A stretch of 59,554 nt of DNA from IMG/VR virus record IMGVR_UViG_3300045988_097246; one strand, given 5' to 3'. Below, in pieces: positions 36,086 to 43,663 of this stretch; within the stretch, counting starts at the first letter, position 1; every line of letters starts with the position of its first letter. This stretch comes from a virus. The notes beneath the pieces are model-generated. The model did no database searches and was not told the DNA's origin. It was given only the letters and a program-made list of their open reading frames with translations. Made by a program: the position numbers and the translations under genes.

Positions 36086-36577
36086 ATGATTTGTGAAAAT
36101 TGCAAAGGTAAAGACGAATGTGGATGGTATGCATCATACAAGAGAATTGAAAATGAAATTTATTTAGGGGTTGGAACTGATAATACATTAGGCAGAGCAT
36201 TACTTGCAGCAATGAGTGATAATCAATTAGAACAGTGCGAATATTTTGAAGATTATATTGATGAAATGGCAGATGATTTGAAGAGAGGTGAAGAAAATGA
36301 TAATGCAAAAAACAAAGTTACATCACTTGAAATTATCGTAAGGATGATAGACAACAAGCCATATTACGAAATCAAGTACAAAAAAGTCGGCGAAGATTAT
36401 TACCATGTAGGTTACAGTTCATTTAATATTGATAATGTATTGAAATGGCGTGATGAGTGCTTTGAACTTGTTGACGCGAAAGTGACCAATGCCGACAGGA
36501 TTAGAAATATGACAGATGAAGAGTTGGCGAGTGTACTATTTAGTGGTTGTATTGATTCTATGGATTTGGAAGAGTGA
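36086..36577 (+). CDS. Cys-rich protein, paralog of 28643..29023, ending at an in-frame TGA
   Basis: AAAGGTGG RBS. Shares a 32-nt identical stretch encoding ADRIRNMTDEEL. Confidence 0.55.
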   Translation: MICENCKGKDECGWYASYKRIENEIYLGVGTDNTLGRALLAAMSDNQLEQCEYFEDYIDEMADDLKRGEENDNAKNKVTSLEIIVRMIDNKPYYEIKYKKVGEDYYHVGYSSFNIDNVLKWRDECFELVDAKVTNADRIRNMTDEELASVLFSGCIDSMDLEE

Positions 36578-36670
36578 CCTTATGCTAGTGAAAGTGAACT
36601 CGATAACAATAAAATTGGAAAAATATGTAAAAAATGCACACTTGATTGGCTTCAATCAGAAGCGGAATAG
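36575..36670 (+). other. In-frame continuation after the TGA (30 codons ending ...CTLDWLQSEAE)
   Basis: Same frame as 36086..36577. The end matches the paralog's C-terminus, and 28 nt are identical to 29000-29027. Confidence 0.5.
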
Positions 36671-36678
36671 GAGAGAAT

Positions 36679-36828
36679 ATGGAAGACAAACCTAAAACAG
36701 TGGAAATTCGGCTCACTAAGGAAGAGTTTGAAAAACTAAAGACTGTAAGGCAGTTAGATAAGGTTATTTTCCTTGATGAATCAAGCAAGGAATGTTTTAC
36801 AGTTTACAATTTGGTATCAGATAACTGA
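36679..36828 (+). CDS. Small hypothetical protein
   Basis: AGGAG RBS; 49 aa. Confidence 0.45.
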   Translation: MEDKPKTVEIRLTKEEFEKLKTVRQLDKVIFLDESSKECFTVYNLVSDN

Positions 36829-36841
36829 GAAAGGAAAGGTT

Positions 36842-37273
36842 ATGGAAGATAGATATTTATTTAAAGGAAAGAGAGTTGATAACGGAGAATGGGTAATTGG
36901 CAATCTAATTACAAATGTGTTCTTTAGATTAGGTCAAAGTATTCCATACATTTTATGCCCGGATAAAGCAGAATATGATTGCTTTGAGGATTTTACAGAG
37001 GAAAATGGAATTTTTGAAGTGCGACCGAATACAATCTGCCAATGCACCGGCTTAAGAGACAATAGCGGCAAGCTGATTTGGGAGAACGATATTGTTGAAT
37101 GCACACGCGGAAATGCCATAGTGGAATGGGATAGAGTAGACTGGAAAATTCGATGGATTGAAGAAAGCATATGGAGAAGAGATTTGCGCCATTGGTCTAT
37201 AGATGACGCAGATGGGATTAGGTTCCTTGGCAACATATTTGATAACACTGAATTATTAGAAAGCGAGGAGTAA
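36842..37273 (+). CDS. YopX-like protein (second copy)
   Basis: ...CQCTGLRDNSGKLIWENDIV...LGNIFDNTELLESEE. Confidence 0.65.
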   Translation: MEDRYLFKGKRVDNGEWVIGNLITNVFFRLGQSIPYILCPDKAEYDCFEDFTEENGIFEVRPNTICQCTGLRDNSGKLIWENDIVECTRGNAIVEWDRVDWKIRWIEESIWRRDLRHWSIDDADGIRFLGNIFDNTELLESEE

Positions 37274-37274
37274 T

Positions 37275-37649
37275 ATGACAGAGAGTGAAGCGGTAGAGTG
37301 GATAAAGGAATTAAAAGGTTCAGAAGAAATACTAGAATTTTATTATGCTGAGAGTTTTATAAAGGCTTGTGATATGGCGATACAGGCACTTGAAAAGCAG
37401 ATAAATAGATGTTGGGTTCCTTGTAAGGATAGATTGCCAGAAGAAATTGATAAATATTATTTAGTTACATGCAGAGGTGTAATTTGTGGAGAATTTGAGC
37501 AATTTACAACTGTTTCATATTTTTCGACATTTTCTAACGGAGATAAATCTTGGGAGATTGGAGAAGAACATGGAAATAATTGGATGGTTACAGCATGGCA
37601 ACCATTGCCAAAACCTTATAAGGAGGGCGAAAAAAATGAGACTGATTGA
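37275..37649 (+). CDS. DUF551-like protein
   Basis: ...CWVPCKDRLPEE... and ...WQPLPKPY. Confidence 0.5.
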   Translation: MTESEAVEWIKELKGSEEILEFYYAESFIKACDMAIQALEKQINRCWVPCKDRLPEEIDKYYLVTCRGVICGEFEQFTTVSYFSTFSNGDKSWEIGEEHGNNWMVTAWQPLPKPYKEGEKNETD

Positions 37650-37932
37650 TGCAACAATTCAGCCAACGTTTTTGACTGATTATATTTTAGAAAGAAAGTC
37701 AACGTTCATTCGCGTGTTAGAAAAGGGAGATAATGATTTTCTTTTTGGCTTGCTAATGGATTACTTTGATGAACAACCGACCGCCTATGATGTAAACAAA
37801 GTTGTGAAACAAGTAGAAAAAGATAAATTTATAGATTGTGAGACCGTATTATCGGATGTGCATCAAGGATATAACGCTGGACTAAGTAGAGCAGTAATGG
37901 TAGTAAAGGCAGGTGGTGAGAATGACGATTGA
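37636..37932 (+). CDS. Hypothetical protein, paralog of 29317..29601
   Basis: AGGAGGG RBS; starts MRLID. Confidence 0.5.
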   Translation: MRLIDATIQPTFLTDYILERKSTFIRVLEKGDNDFLFGLLMDYFDEQPTAYDVNKVVKQVEKDKFIDCETVLSDVHQGYNAGLSRAVMVVKAGGENDD

Positions 37933-38263
37933 TGAAGCAATATCTGAATTTAAAGAAAGAGCAGAAGATAGTAAAAAAATTTCAGAATTAGGCATGGAAA
38001 GTTACATTCCAAAAGAAAAAGAAGAGAAACAGCTTGCGGAGTGGTTGGAAGAGTTGAAATCATACAGAGCTTCGGTATTTAGTGGAGATATGACACAGAA
38101 AATGCTGAAAGAAGAATATAACAAGGCTGTTGATGATTTCTATAACAAAATTATTGAAGCATACAAAGAAATGAAAAATATTCCACAGGTAGAAAAATCA
38201 ACAGTACATACAATAGCATTAGGAATAATGGAGCAGTTAAAAAATAAGAATTTAGCGAGGTGA
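37922..38263 (+). CDS. Hypothetical protein
   Basis: GGTGGTGAG RBS before ATG 37922. Confidence 0.5.
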   Translation: MTIDEAISEFKERAEDSKKISELGMESYIPKEKEEKQLAEWLEELKSYRASVFSGDMTQKMLKEEYNKAVDDFYNKIIEAYKEMKNIPQVEKSTVHTIALGIMEQLKNKNLAR

Positions 38264-38270
38264 TTATACA

Positions 38271-38411
38271 ATGAATGATTGCAAAGGATGTAAATATGAG
38301 AACAGCACAGATATAGAGATATGTTTAGAATTTTGTACAAATTGTAAAAGAGCCTATTCTAATGAAGAAGATAGAGAATTTCACGAAGATAAGTATGAGA
38401 TTGTAGACTAA
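38271..38411 (+). CDS. Small zinc-binding protein (46 aa)
   Basis: GAGGTG RBS. Translation begins MNDCKGCKYENSTDIEICLEFCTNCKRAY.... Confidence 0.45.
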   Translation: MNDCKGCKYENSTDIEICLEFCTNCKRAYSNEEDREFHEDKYEIVD

Positions 38412-38414
38412 GCT

Positions 38415-38473
38415 AAAACTAAGAAAGGAGTAAGAGTTTTGTGCACAGTAAAAACCGGTTTTGCTCCAAATAA
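38415..38473 (+). repeat. Conserved intergenic element, copy B, with a 10-codon mini-ORF
   Basis: AAAACTAAGAAAGGAGTAAGAGTTTTGTGCACAGTAAAAACCGGTTTTGC. The mini-ORF (GTG 38441 to TAA 38473) ends 2 nt before ATG 38476. Confidence 0.55.
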
Positions 38474-38475
38474 TT

Positions 38476-39141
38476 ATGTATAGCGAAAACAAAAAGAAAT
38501 GGTATAAAGAGCGTTATCGTCAAAGAAAAGAACATGGCTTATGTACTAATTGTGGTAAACCTGCAATGACAAATAAAACTCTGTGCAAGGAATGTACCGA
38601 AAAAAAGAAGAATAAATATCGAGAAGATAGAGCGTTTTTCAAAACGCTGGGACTATGCCCGAAATGTGGCAAAAACAAATTGTTTGGCAGTGAAAAAACT
38701 TGCCCTGAGTGTTTAGCGTATGCCGAAAAAACAAATGCTAAATGCGCGATAAAAACAGCTGGTAGCAAAGAAGCGTATAATAAACAAGTTTATCAAAAAG
38801 CAAGACAACGTTGTGATGAACAAAATCTTTGCGTAATGTGTAAAATAAGACAGCGTGCAGAGGGACATATACATTGTGAAGAATGTCTTGAGAAAAGACG
38901 CATAAAAGGCAGAGAAATACGTAAAAAGCAAAAAAAGGTAGGAATAACAAGAAGTGAAAGACCGACTTACGGACTTTGTTATTGCTGTGGGAAGCCACTT
39001 GACAGAGAAGGTAAAAAATGTATTAAATGTGCCGCAAAAGTTACAAACAATTTACCACGAATTAAAGCTACTGAACATTGGAAAAAAGACAATAATTTAA
39101 TATTTGTAGGAGGTAAGCAAGATGATAAAATTCAAAAGTGA
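38476..39141 (+). CDS. Multi-zinc-ribbon basic protein (four CxxC-N10-12-CxxC units)
   Basis: The four units are CTNCGK...CKEC, CPKCGK...CPEC, CVMCK...CEEC and CYCCGK...CIKC. Each is followed by a basic stretch. Confidence 0.6.
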   Translation: MYSENKKKWYKERYRQRKEHGLCTNCGKPAMTNKTLCKECTEKKKNKYREDRAFFKTLGLCPKCGKNKLFGSEKTCPECLAYAEKTNAKCAIKTAGSKEAYNKQVYQKARQRCDEQNLCVMCKIRQRAEGHIHCEECLEKRRIKGREIRKKQKKVGITRSERPTYGLCYCCGKPLDREGKKCIKCAAKVTNNLPRIKATEHWKKDNNLIFVGGKQDDKIQK

Positions 39142-39316
39142 ATGTGTCGACTGCCCCAGTGAAATAGGTTGTCTTGGGGATAGTTGCCCGAAACACAATA
39201 TACCTCACCTTATATGCGATTGTTGTGGTGAAGATGTGGAAGAACTGTATGGATATGACGGAGAACAGTTATGTAAAGATTGTTTGCTTGATGCAGTACC
39301 AAAAATAGAGATATAG
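39122..39316 (+). CDS. Cys-rich small protein
   Basis: AGGAGG RBS. Motifs C..C...C...C...CDCCG...C..C. Confidence 0.5.
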   Translation: MIKFKSECVDCPSEIGCLGDSCPKHNIPHLICDCCGEDVEELYGYDGEQLCKDCLLDAVPKIEI

Positions 39317-39327
39317 GAGATTGGCTT

Positions 39328-39537
39328 ATGAAGTTTTCAGAACTGACTAAGCCGGAGCTTGATTTTATTTTAAAATACGCCAACTTCACAGAAGAAGAAG
39401 AAGATATATTCAAATTACTTTCAAGAGGAAAAAGCATAATCGAAATTGCTGAACATATAATGATATGCGAGCGTACTGTTAATAGAAAAGCAGCAAAAAT
39501 AAAAGAAAAAATAAATAAACTGGGGGGATTGACATGA
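39328..39537 (+). CDS. Sigma-70 region-4 / LuxR-type HTH protein (late regulator candidate)
   Basis: 69 aa. ...EEEEDIFKLLSRGKSIIEIAEHIMICERTVNRKAAKIKEKI is a region-4-like HTH. Confidence 0.6.
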   Translation: MKFSELTKPELDFILKYANFTEEEEDIFKLLSRGKSIIEIAEHIMICERTVNRKAAKIKEKINKLGGLT

Positions 39538-39625
39538 TTAAAATTACTATTGATGGCAAAGAAGTAAAGGCAGAAGATATAAAACTTTCTGCTGATGTTG
39601 TGAAAGTCATATCATCATGCCTTGA

Positions 39626-39654
39626 TTGACATTATAGCAAAAAGAGGTTAGAAT
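39626..39654 (+). promoter_or_regulatory. Sigma-70-like promoter upstream of the integrase gene
   Basis: TTGACA, 17 nt, TAGAAT. Confidence 0.5.
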
Positions 39655-39692
39655 GTGTCGTAAAGTACGATAAATACGGCACATTCTTTTTA
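39651..39692 (+). terminator. Terminator-like hairpin overlapping the -10 of the integrase promoter
   Basis: GAATGTGTCG, 16-nt loop, CGGCACATTC, then TTTTTA. Confidence 0.5.
39662..39681. repeat. Inverted repeat, left copy, flanking the integrase gene
   Basis: AAAGTACGATAAATACGGCA. Its reverse complement matches 41115-41134 at 19 of 20 positions. Confidence 0.8.
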
Positions 39693-39710
39693 TATAAAGG
39701 GGGATTTAAG

Positions 39711-41072
39711 ATGGAATGTGTTGCGTATATAAGAGTATCAACAGAAAAACAGGTTGAAGAAGGCTACGGGCTTGAAAGTCAGCAAAGAGACATCAAAGAG
39801 TATTGTCAAAAAAATAACATGATAATATCTCACTGGTATATTGATGCAGGTCTGACTGGTATGGAGATGAGCAAAAGAGTTGCATTACAAGAACTTATTT
39901 CTGATTTAAAGAAGATAGATAAAGTCGTTATCTATAAGCTTGATAGACTTGCGAGAGATAGTGTTGATGCTTTAAATATGATTGAAAAAATATTCGTGCC
40001 TAGAAACGTAGAAGTGTTAAGCGTACATGATTTTGCAAAATATAAAACGCCACAGGATAAATTTCAAACTCAAATAATGGCAGCAGTAGCGGAGTATGAC
40101 AGAAACACTATGTTGCTCCGTATGCGCGGCGGTATGTTGGAAAGAATAAAAGAAGGCTACTGGCCGGGTGGCGGTAATACTCCTTATTGCTATTCTTATA
40201 GTAAAGAGACAGGAACGCTTGTGCCGATACCGGAAAGAAAAAAACAAGCTAATGAAGCAATAGACCTGTTTTTACAAGGTTATTCAGATAACAAAATTCG
40301 TGACATGCTAGGTTTTAAAAGTGAAATGGTTGTGCGAAGTCTACTTATAAGTCCAGTCAATATAGGATATATACCCTATAAAGGTAAAATCTACAAAGGT
40401 AAACATGAACCGATTTTTGAAATTGATAAATTTAATTTAGCACAGGAAGTTAGGAAAAACCGAAGAAAAAAGAAAACTACTTGTATAAATAAAGAGCCAA
40501 ATCTACTTACCGGATTATGTTATTGTGGTGTTTGTGGTTGTTCTATGCGGTATCAAAAATGGACACATGGAAAGCATAAAATATACTGTTGTTCAAGAGA
40601 TAAATCAATGTCGTATCTTCCTAATTATAATGCTAATTGCGATAACACTCTTGAATGGGCTGTTGATATTGAAAAACAAGTTGAAGAAGAAATAATTAAA
40701 ATATCATTGAATTTGTCATCAGAAAAGCCAGTTGCAAAACAAAGTAAAATTGAAATTTTACAGTCGCAGATAAAAAAAGAAGAAAATCGCAGAAAGAGAT
40801 TTTTTAATTTGTATGCTGACGGAAACGATGATGTATTATTAAGCATAAAAGAAATTAACAATACTATCAAAAGTTTAAAAGAACAGCTTGAAACTGAAAG
40901 GTCAAATACCGATTTAAATAGGAAGAAAAGCGTTACTTATAAAAACATAAAAAAAATTGCCGATGTTTGGGACAGCATCGACAAAAAAGATAAAAATATT
41001 ATACTTAAAAGTATAATTGATAAGATTGTTATAGTCAATGGAAATATTGAAATACAGTTAAAGAATTTTTAG
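39711..41072 (+). CDS. Large serine recombinase (integrase)
   Basis: N-terminal resolvase motif AYIRVSTEKQ...YKLDRLARD. Recombinase domain. Zinc ribbon CYCGVCGC...CC. C-terminal coiled coil. Confidence 0.9.
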   Translation: MECVAYIRVSTEKQVEEGYGLESQQRDIKEYCQKNNMIISHWYIDAGLTGMEMSKRVALQELISDLKKIDKVVIYKLDRLARDSVDALNMIEKIFVPRNVEVLSVHDFAKYKTPQDKFQTQIMAAVAEYDRNTMLLRMRGGMLERIKEGYWPGGGNTPYCYSYSKETGTLVPIPERKKQANEAIDLFLQGYSDNKIRDMLGFKSEMVVRSLLISPVNIGYIPYKGKIYKGKHEPIFEIDKFNLAQEVRKNRRKKKTTCINKEPNLLTGLCYCGVCGCSMRYQKWTHGKHKIYCCSRDKSMSYLPNYNANCDNTLEWAVDIEKQVEEEIIKISLNLSSEKPVAKQSKIEILQSQIKKEENRRKRFFNLYADGNDDVLLSIKEINNTIKSLKEQLETERSNTDLNRKKSVTYKNIKKIADVWDSIDKKDKNIILKSIIDKIVIVNGNIEIQLKNF

Positions 41073-41113
41073 CACTTACTATATGCTGTGCCAATAGCAT
41101 TAAGTTAGTGCTA
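41070..41113. other. Imperfect 44-bp palindrome at the integrase stop codon (attP candidate)
   Basis: Arms TAGCACTTACTATAT and ATTAAGTTAGTGCTA match at 12 of 15 positions. They are separated by a 14-nt spacer. Confidence 0.3.
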
Positions 41114-41114
41114 A

Positions 41115-41134
41115 TGCCGTGTTTATCGTACTTT
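41115..41134. repeat. Inverted repeat, right copy, flanking the integrase gene
   Basis: TGCCGTGTTTATCGTACTTT. Confidence 0.8.
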
Positions 41135-41152
41135 TTACAATTAAATAAAATC

Positions 41153-41188
41153 AAACTGTCGTTTTTGTGTCGTTAAACTGTCGTTTTT
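41153..41188 (+). repeat. Two 14-bp direct repeats AAACTGTCGTTTTT with 22-bp periodicity, plus further TGTCG motifs
   Basis: Repeats at 41153-41166 and 41175-41188. TGTCG also occurs at 41168, 41190 and 39656. Confidence 0.7.
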
Positions 41189-41190
41189 CT

Positions 41191-41212
41191 GTCGCTTTAA
41201 GCGGCTTTTTTT
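41191..41212 (+). terminator. Terminator after the integrase gene
   Basis: GTCGCT-TTA-AGCGGC followed by T7. Confidence 0.5.
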
Positions 41213-41249
41213 ATGTGAAAATAAAATTACAAAAAGGAGAGTGATTGAA

Positions 41250-41420
41250 GTGTACGACGAAGATTTAAGAGAGCGATTACTCTCACGGGAACAAATACAA
41301 AAATTAGACTTAGTAACTCAAACAATATTGTTTAGCGTTATTGAGGATGTATTAGAGGAGAGAGAACATGATAAACAATCCTTATCAACAACAGATGATG
41401 ACTTATACGCCGGGTTATAA
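41250..41420 (+). CDS. Possible small acidic protein (56 aa)
   Basis: AAGGAG lies 10 nt before GTG 41250. The ORF overlaps the next gene by 53 nt, so it is uncertain. Confidence 0.3.
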   Translation: MYDEDLRERLLSREQIQKLDLVTQTILFSVIEDVLEEREHDKQSLSTTDDDLYAGL

Positions 41421-41892
41421 TGCGTATCCGTACAACCCGATGCAAAGATTTCAGGAGCAGCAGTTACCGCAACAGCCAGTTCAACAAGTACCACAACAGC
41501 AGAATTTACAGATACAAGCAGGGATAAATGGCAGAATGGTGGCAGCAGTTGAACAAATTGCGGCTAATGATGTACCTATGGACGGCTCAGTTGCATTTTT
41601 TCCTAAACAGGATTTAACAGAAATATACGCAAAACAATGGGGTGCAGACGGCTCAATAAAAACAGTCGTGTATAAGCCTTATACAGAGCCTAAAAACAGT
41701 CAAGGCATAAATAATACAGAAAATATTGAAAACTTGAAAATTGACCTATCAGACGAAAGCACAGCGGTATTTATGCAGAAGTTTGATGAGATTTTTAATA
41801 AATTTGACGAGTTAGAAAACAAAATGTGTAAAAGTGCTACTTCTCAAAGGAAAACTTCGACTTTAAAAAAGGAGGGCGGTGTAAATGAATAA
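41368..41892 (+). CDS. Gln/Pro/Tyr-rich protein of unknown function
   Basis: GAGGAGAGAG RBS. The N-terminal ~45 aa are mostly Q/P/Y/N/M (NPYQQQMMTYTPGYNAYPYNPMQRFQEQQLPQQPVQQVPQQQNLQ). Confidence 0.6.
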   Translation: MINNPYQQQMMTYTPGYNAYPYNPMQRFQEQQLPQQPVQQVPQQQNLQIQAGINGRMVAAVEQIAANDVPMDGSVAFFPKQDLTEIYAKQWGADGSIKTVVYKPYTEPKNSQGINNTENIENLKIDLSDESTAVFMQKFDEIFNKFDELENKMCKSATSQRKTSTLKKEGGVNE

Positions 41893-42115
41893 TCAGATTA
41901 TGCAGATGTTAAATCAGATTAAAAATATAAAAAATCCAAAAGAAGCCGCTATGAAAACATTAGAGCAAGCGGCAAATCAAGGAAATCCAATGGCAAAAAA
42001 TATGTTGCAGAAAATAAACAGCGGTGACATGAGCGGAGCACAGCAGATACTTGGCAATTTTATGAATGAGCAAGGATTAAATATACAGGAAATTCAAAAA
42101 CAAATTCAAAAATAG
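41885..42115 (+). CDS. Small Asn/Gln/Met-rich helical protein
   Basis: ATGA-type overlap with the previous gene; 76 aa. Confidence 0.55.
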   Translation: MNNQIMQMLNQIKNIKNPKEAAMKTLEQAANQGNPMAKNMLQKINSGDMSGAQQILGNFMNEQGLNIQEIQKQIQK

Positions 42116-42191
42116 TACATATTAGGGTTTTGTCCGGACAATAAAAACCAGTTCCCTATTTTGTAAATAAATTAAATGGAGGTAAACTAAT

Positions 42192-42971
42192 ATGTTTAAC
42201 AACGGAGTTAGCCTTGCCGATATTGCGGCAGTAACAGGCAATAACAGAAACAATGACGGTATGTGGGGAGACGGAGCATGGTGGATTGTCATTCTTCTTA
42301 TTTTCGGCTGGGGTGGTTTTGGTAACAACGGCTGGGGTAACGGTAATGGAATGGGTTCTACTGCCGCCGCTTATACAGACAGTGCTATTCAGCGTGGATT
42401 TGATAATCAGGCTGTTGTTTCAAAACTTGATGGCATTTCTAACGGACTTTGTGACGGTTTCTATGCTATGAACAACAGTATGCTTACCGGCTTTAATGGT
42501 ATTAACACAAATATCATGCAGACCGGCTATGGCATCCAGCAAGCTATTAACGCTGATACAGTCGCTAATATGCAAAATACAAATGCTTTACAGTCACAGA
42601 TTGCTAACTGCTGCTGTGAGACGAGAGAAGCCATCCAAGGTGTAAACTACAACATGGCAACTAACACTTGTGCTTTGCAGAACACAATGAACAATAATAC
42701 AAGAGATATTATTGACAGCCAGCAGGCAGGAACAAGAGCAATCCTTGACTTCCTGACAAATGACAAGATTGCAACCTTACAGGCAGAGAATAACGATTTG
42801 AGAAGAGCTGCTTCACAGGATAGACAGAACGCACTTCTGACTTCTGCCATGAGCACACAGACAAATCAGATTATTGATGCAGTAAGACCTACACCGGTCC
42901 CTTCGTTCCCGGCTTCTAACCTTTATGGTTACGCATATGGATGTGGTTGCAATACAGGATGTGGCTGCTAA
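42192..42971 (+). CDS. Membrane-anchored Asn/Gln/Gly-rich protein with Cys-rich C-terminus
   Basis: GGAGGT RBS. TM segment GAWWIVILLIFGW followed by GGFGNNGWGNGNG. A long N/Q/T-rich region contains a CCC. The protein ends GYAYGCGCNTGCGC. Confidence 0.65.
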   Translation: MFNNGVSLADIAAVTGNNRNNDGMWGDGAWWIVILLIFGWGGFGNNGWGNGNGMGSTAAAYTDSAIQRGFDNQAVVSKLDGISNGLCDGFYAMNNSMLTGFNGINTNIMQTGYGIQQAINADTVANMQNTNALQSQIANCCCETREAIQGVNYNMATNTCALQNTMNNNTRDIIDSQQAGTRAILDFLTNDKIATLQAENNDLRRAASQDRQNALLTSAMSTQTNQIIDAVRPTPVPSFPASNLYGYAYGCGCNTGCGC

Positions 42972-43239
42972 TGAAAGAAGAATATGAAGATTTTGATTTT
43001 TTGATAGTAATTCTTTTATATATGGCATTGGTGGAAAAAACTTAACTAAAAAAATAAAAGCTTTCAAAAAGGCTTAAAACAATAAAGTATCTTAATTAAG
43101 CTTAACTTGTTTTTAATTTGGCATTAACGAATTAAAACAAGATTTAAACGAGATTATGTCTGCTAAGCAGTATTACTTACAAACACAAAGGGCAGGCTAT
43201 AATGTTTGCCCTTATTTTTATGAAAGAGAGGTAAAAATA

Positions 43240-43659
43240 ATGGAAATAACAGGAATTGCGTTACAAACAGTTGCCGCCGGAGAAGATGTTGCATTTACAG
43301 AAACACCGGTATGCGGTAGCAAATGTATAGTCCACAGACAGGGAAGCGGAATTATCAAGTTAAGAGGTATTACAAATCAGTGCAAGGCTAGATTTTTAGT
43401 ATCTTATAGTGGAAACATTCAGATACCTACAGGCGGTACAGTTGAAGCTATTTCGCTTGCTATTACAGTAGATGGAGAGCCTTTGCAGTCAACAAGAATG
43501 ATTGTAACACCAGCCGCAGTTGAGAATTTCTTTAATGTATCAGCACAGGCATACGTTGATGTGCCTTGTGGTTGTTGCAGTACAGTAGCGGTGCAGAATA
43601 CATCAGCACAGGCTATTGAAGTACAAAATAGTAACTTAATCGCAGTAAGGGAGGCTTGA
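43240..43659 (+). CDS. Beta-rich Cys-containing protein (possible C1q/TNF-like jelly roll, as in BclA C-terminal/exosporium domains; unverified)
   Basis: GAGAGGTAAAAATAATG RBS. A hairpin at about 43187-43215 argues against the upstream ATG 43156. The sequence shows an alternating hydrophobic pattern. Confidence 0.55.
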   Translation: MEITGIALQTVAAGEDVAFTETPVCGSKCIVHRQGSGIIKLRGITNQCKARFLVSYSGNIQIPTGGTVEAISLAITVDGEPLQSTRMIVTPAAVENFFNVSAQAYVDVPCGCCSTVAVQNTSAQAIEVQNSNLIAVREA

Positions 43660-43663
43660 TGAT

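Noticed and set aside
36575-36577. Alternative genetic code (TGA reassigned) suggested by the in-frame TGA
   Set aside because: TGA terminates many well-delimited genes here, including numerous ATGA start/stop overlaps, and all long structural ORFs are intact under the standard code. A local nonsense mutation, scar or readthrough is more parsimonious.
39533-39553. Apparent small ORF overlapping the stop of the sigma-like gene (ATGA)
   Set aside because: On careful re-reading across the line break, the frame is ATG ATT AAA AAT TAC TAT TGA, only 6 codons. It is not a gene.
43156-43239. Upstream ATG 43156 as the start of the beta-rich protein gene
   Set aside because: It has no RBS, and the stretch contains a terminator-like hairpin (AGGGCA...TGCCCT followed by a T-run). 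ATG 43240 has a strong GAGAGGTAAAAATAATG context.
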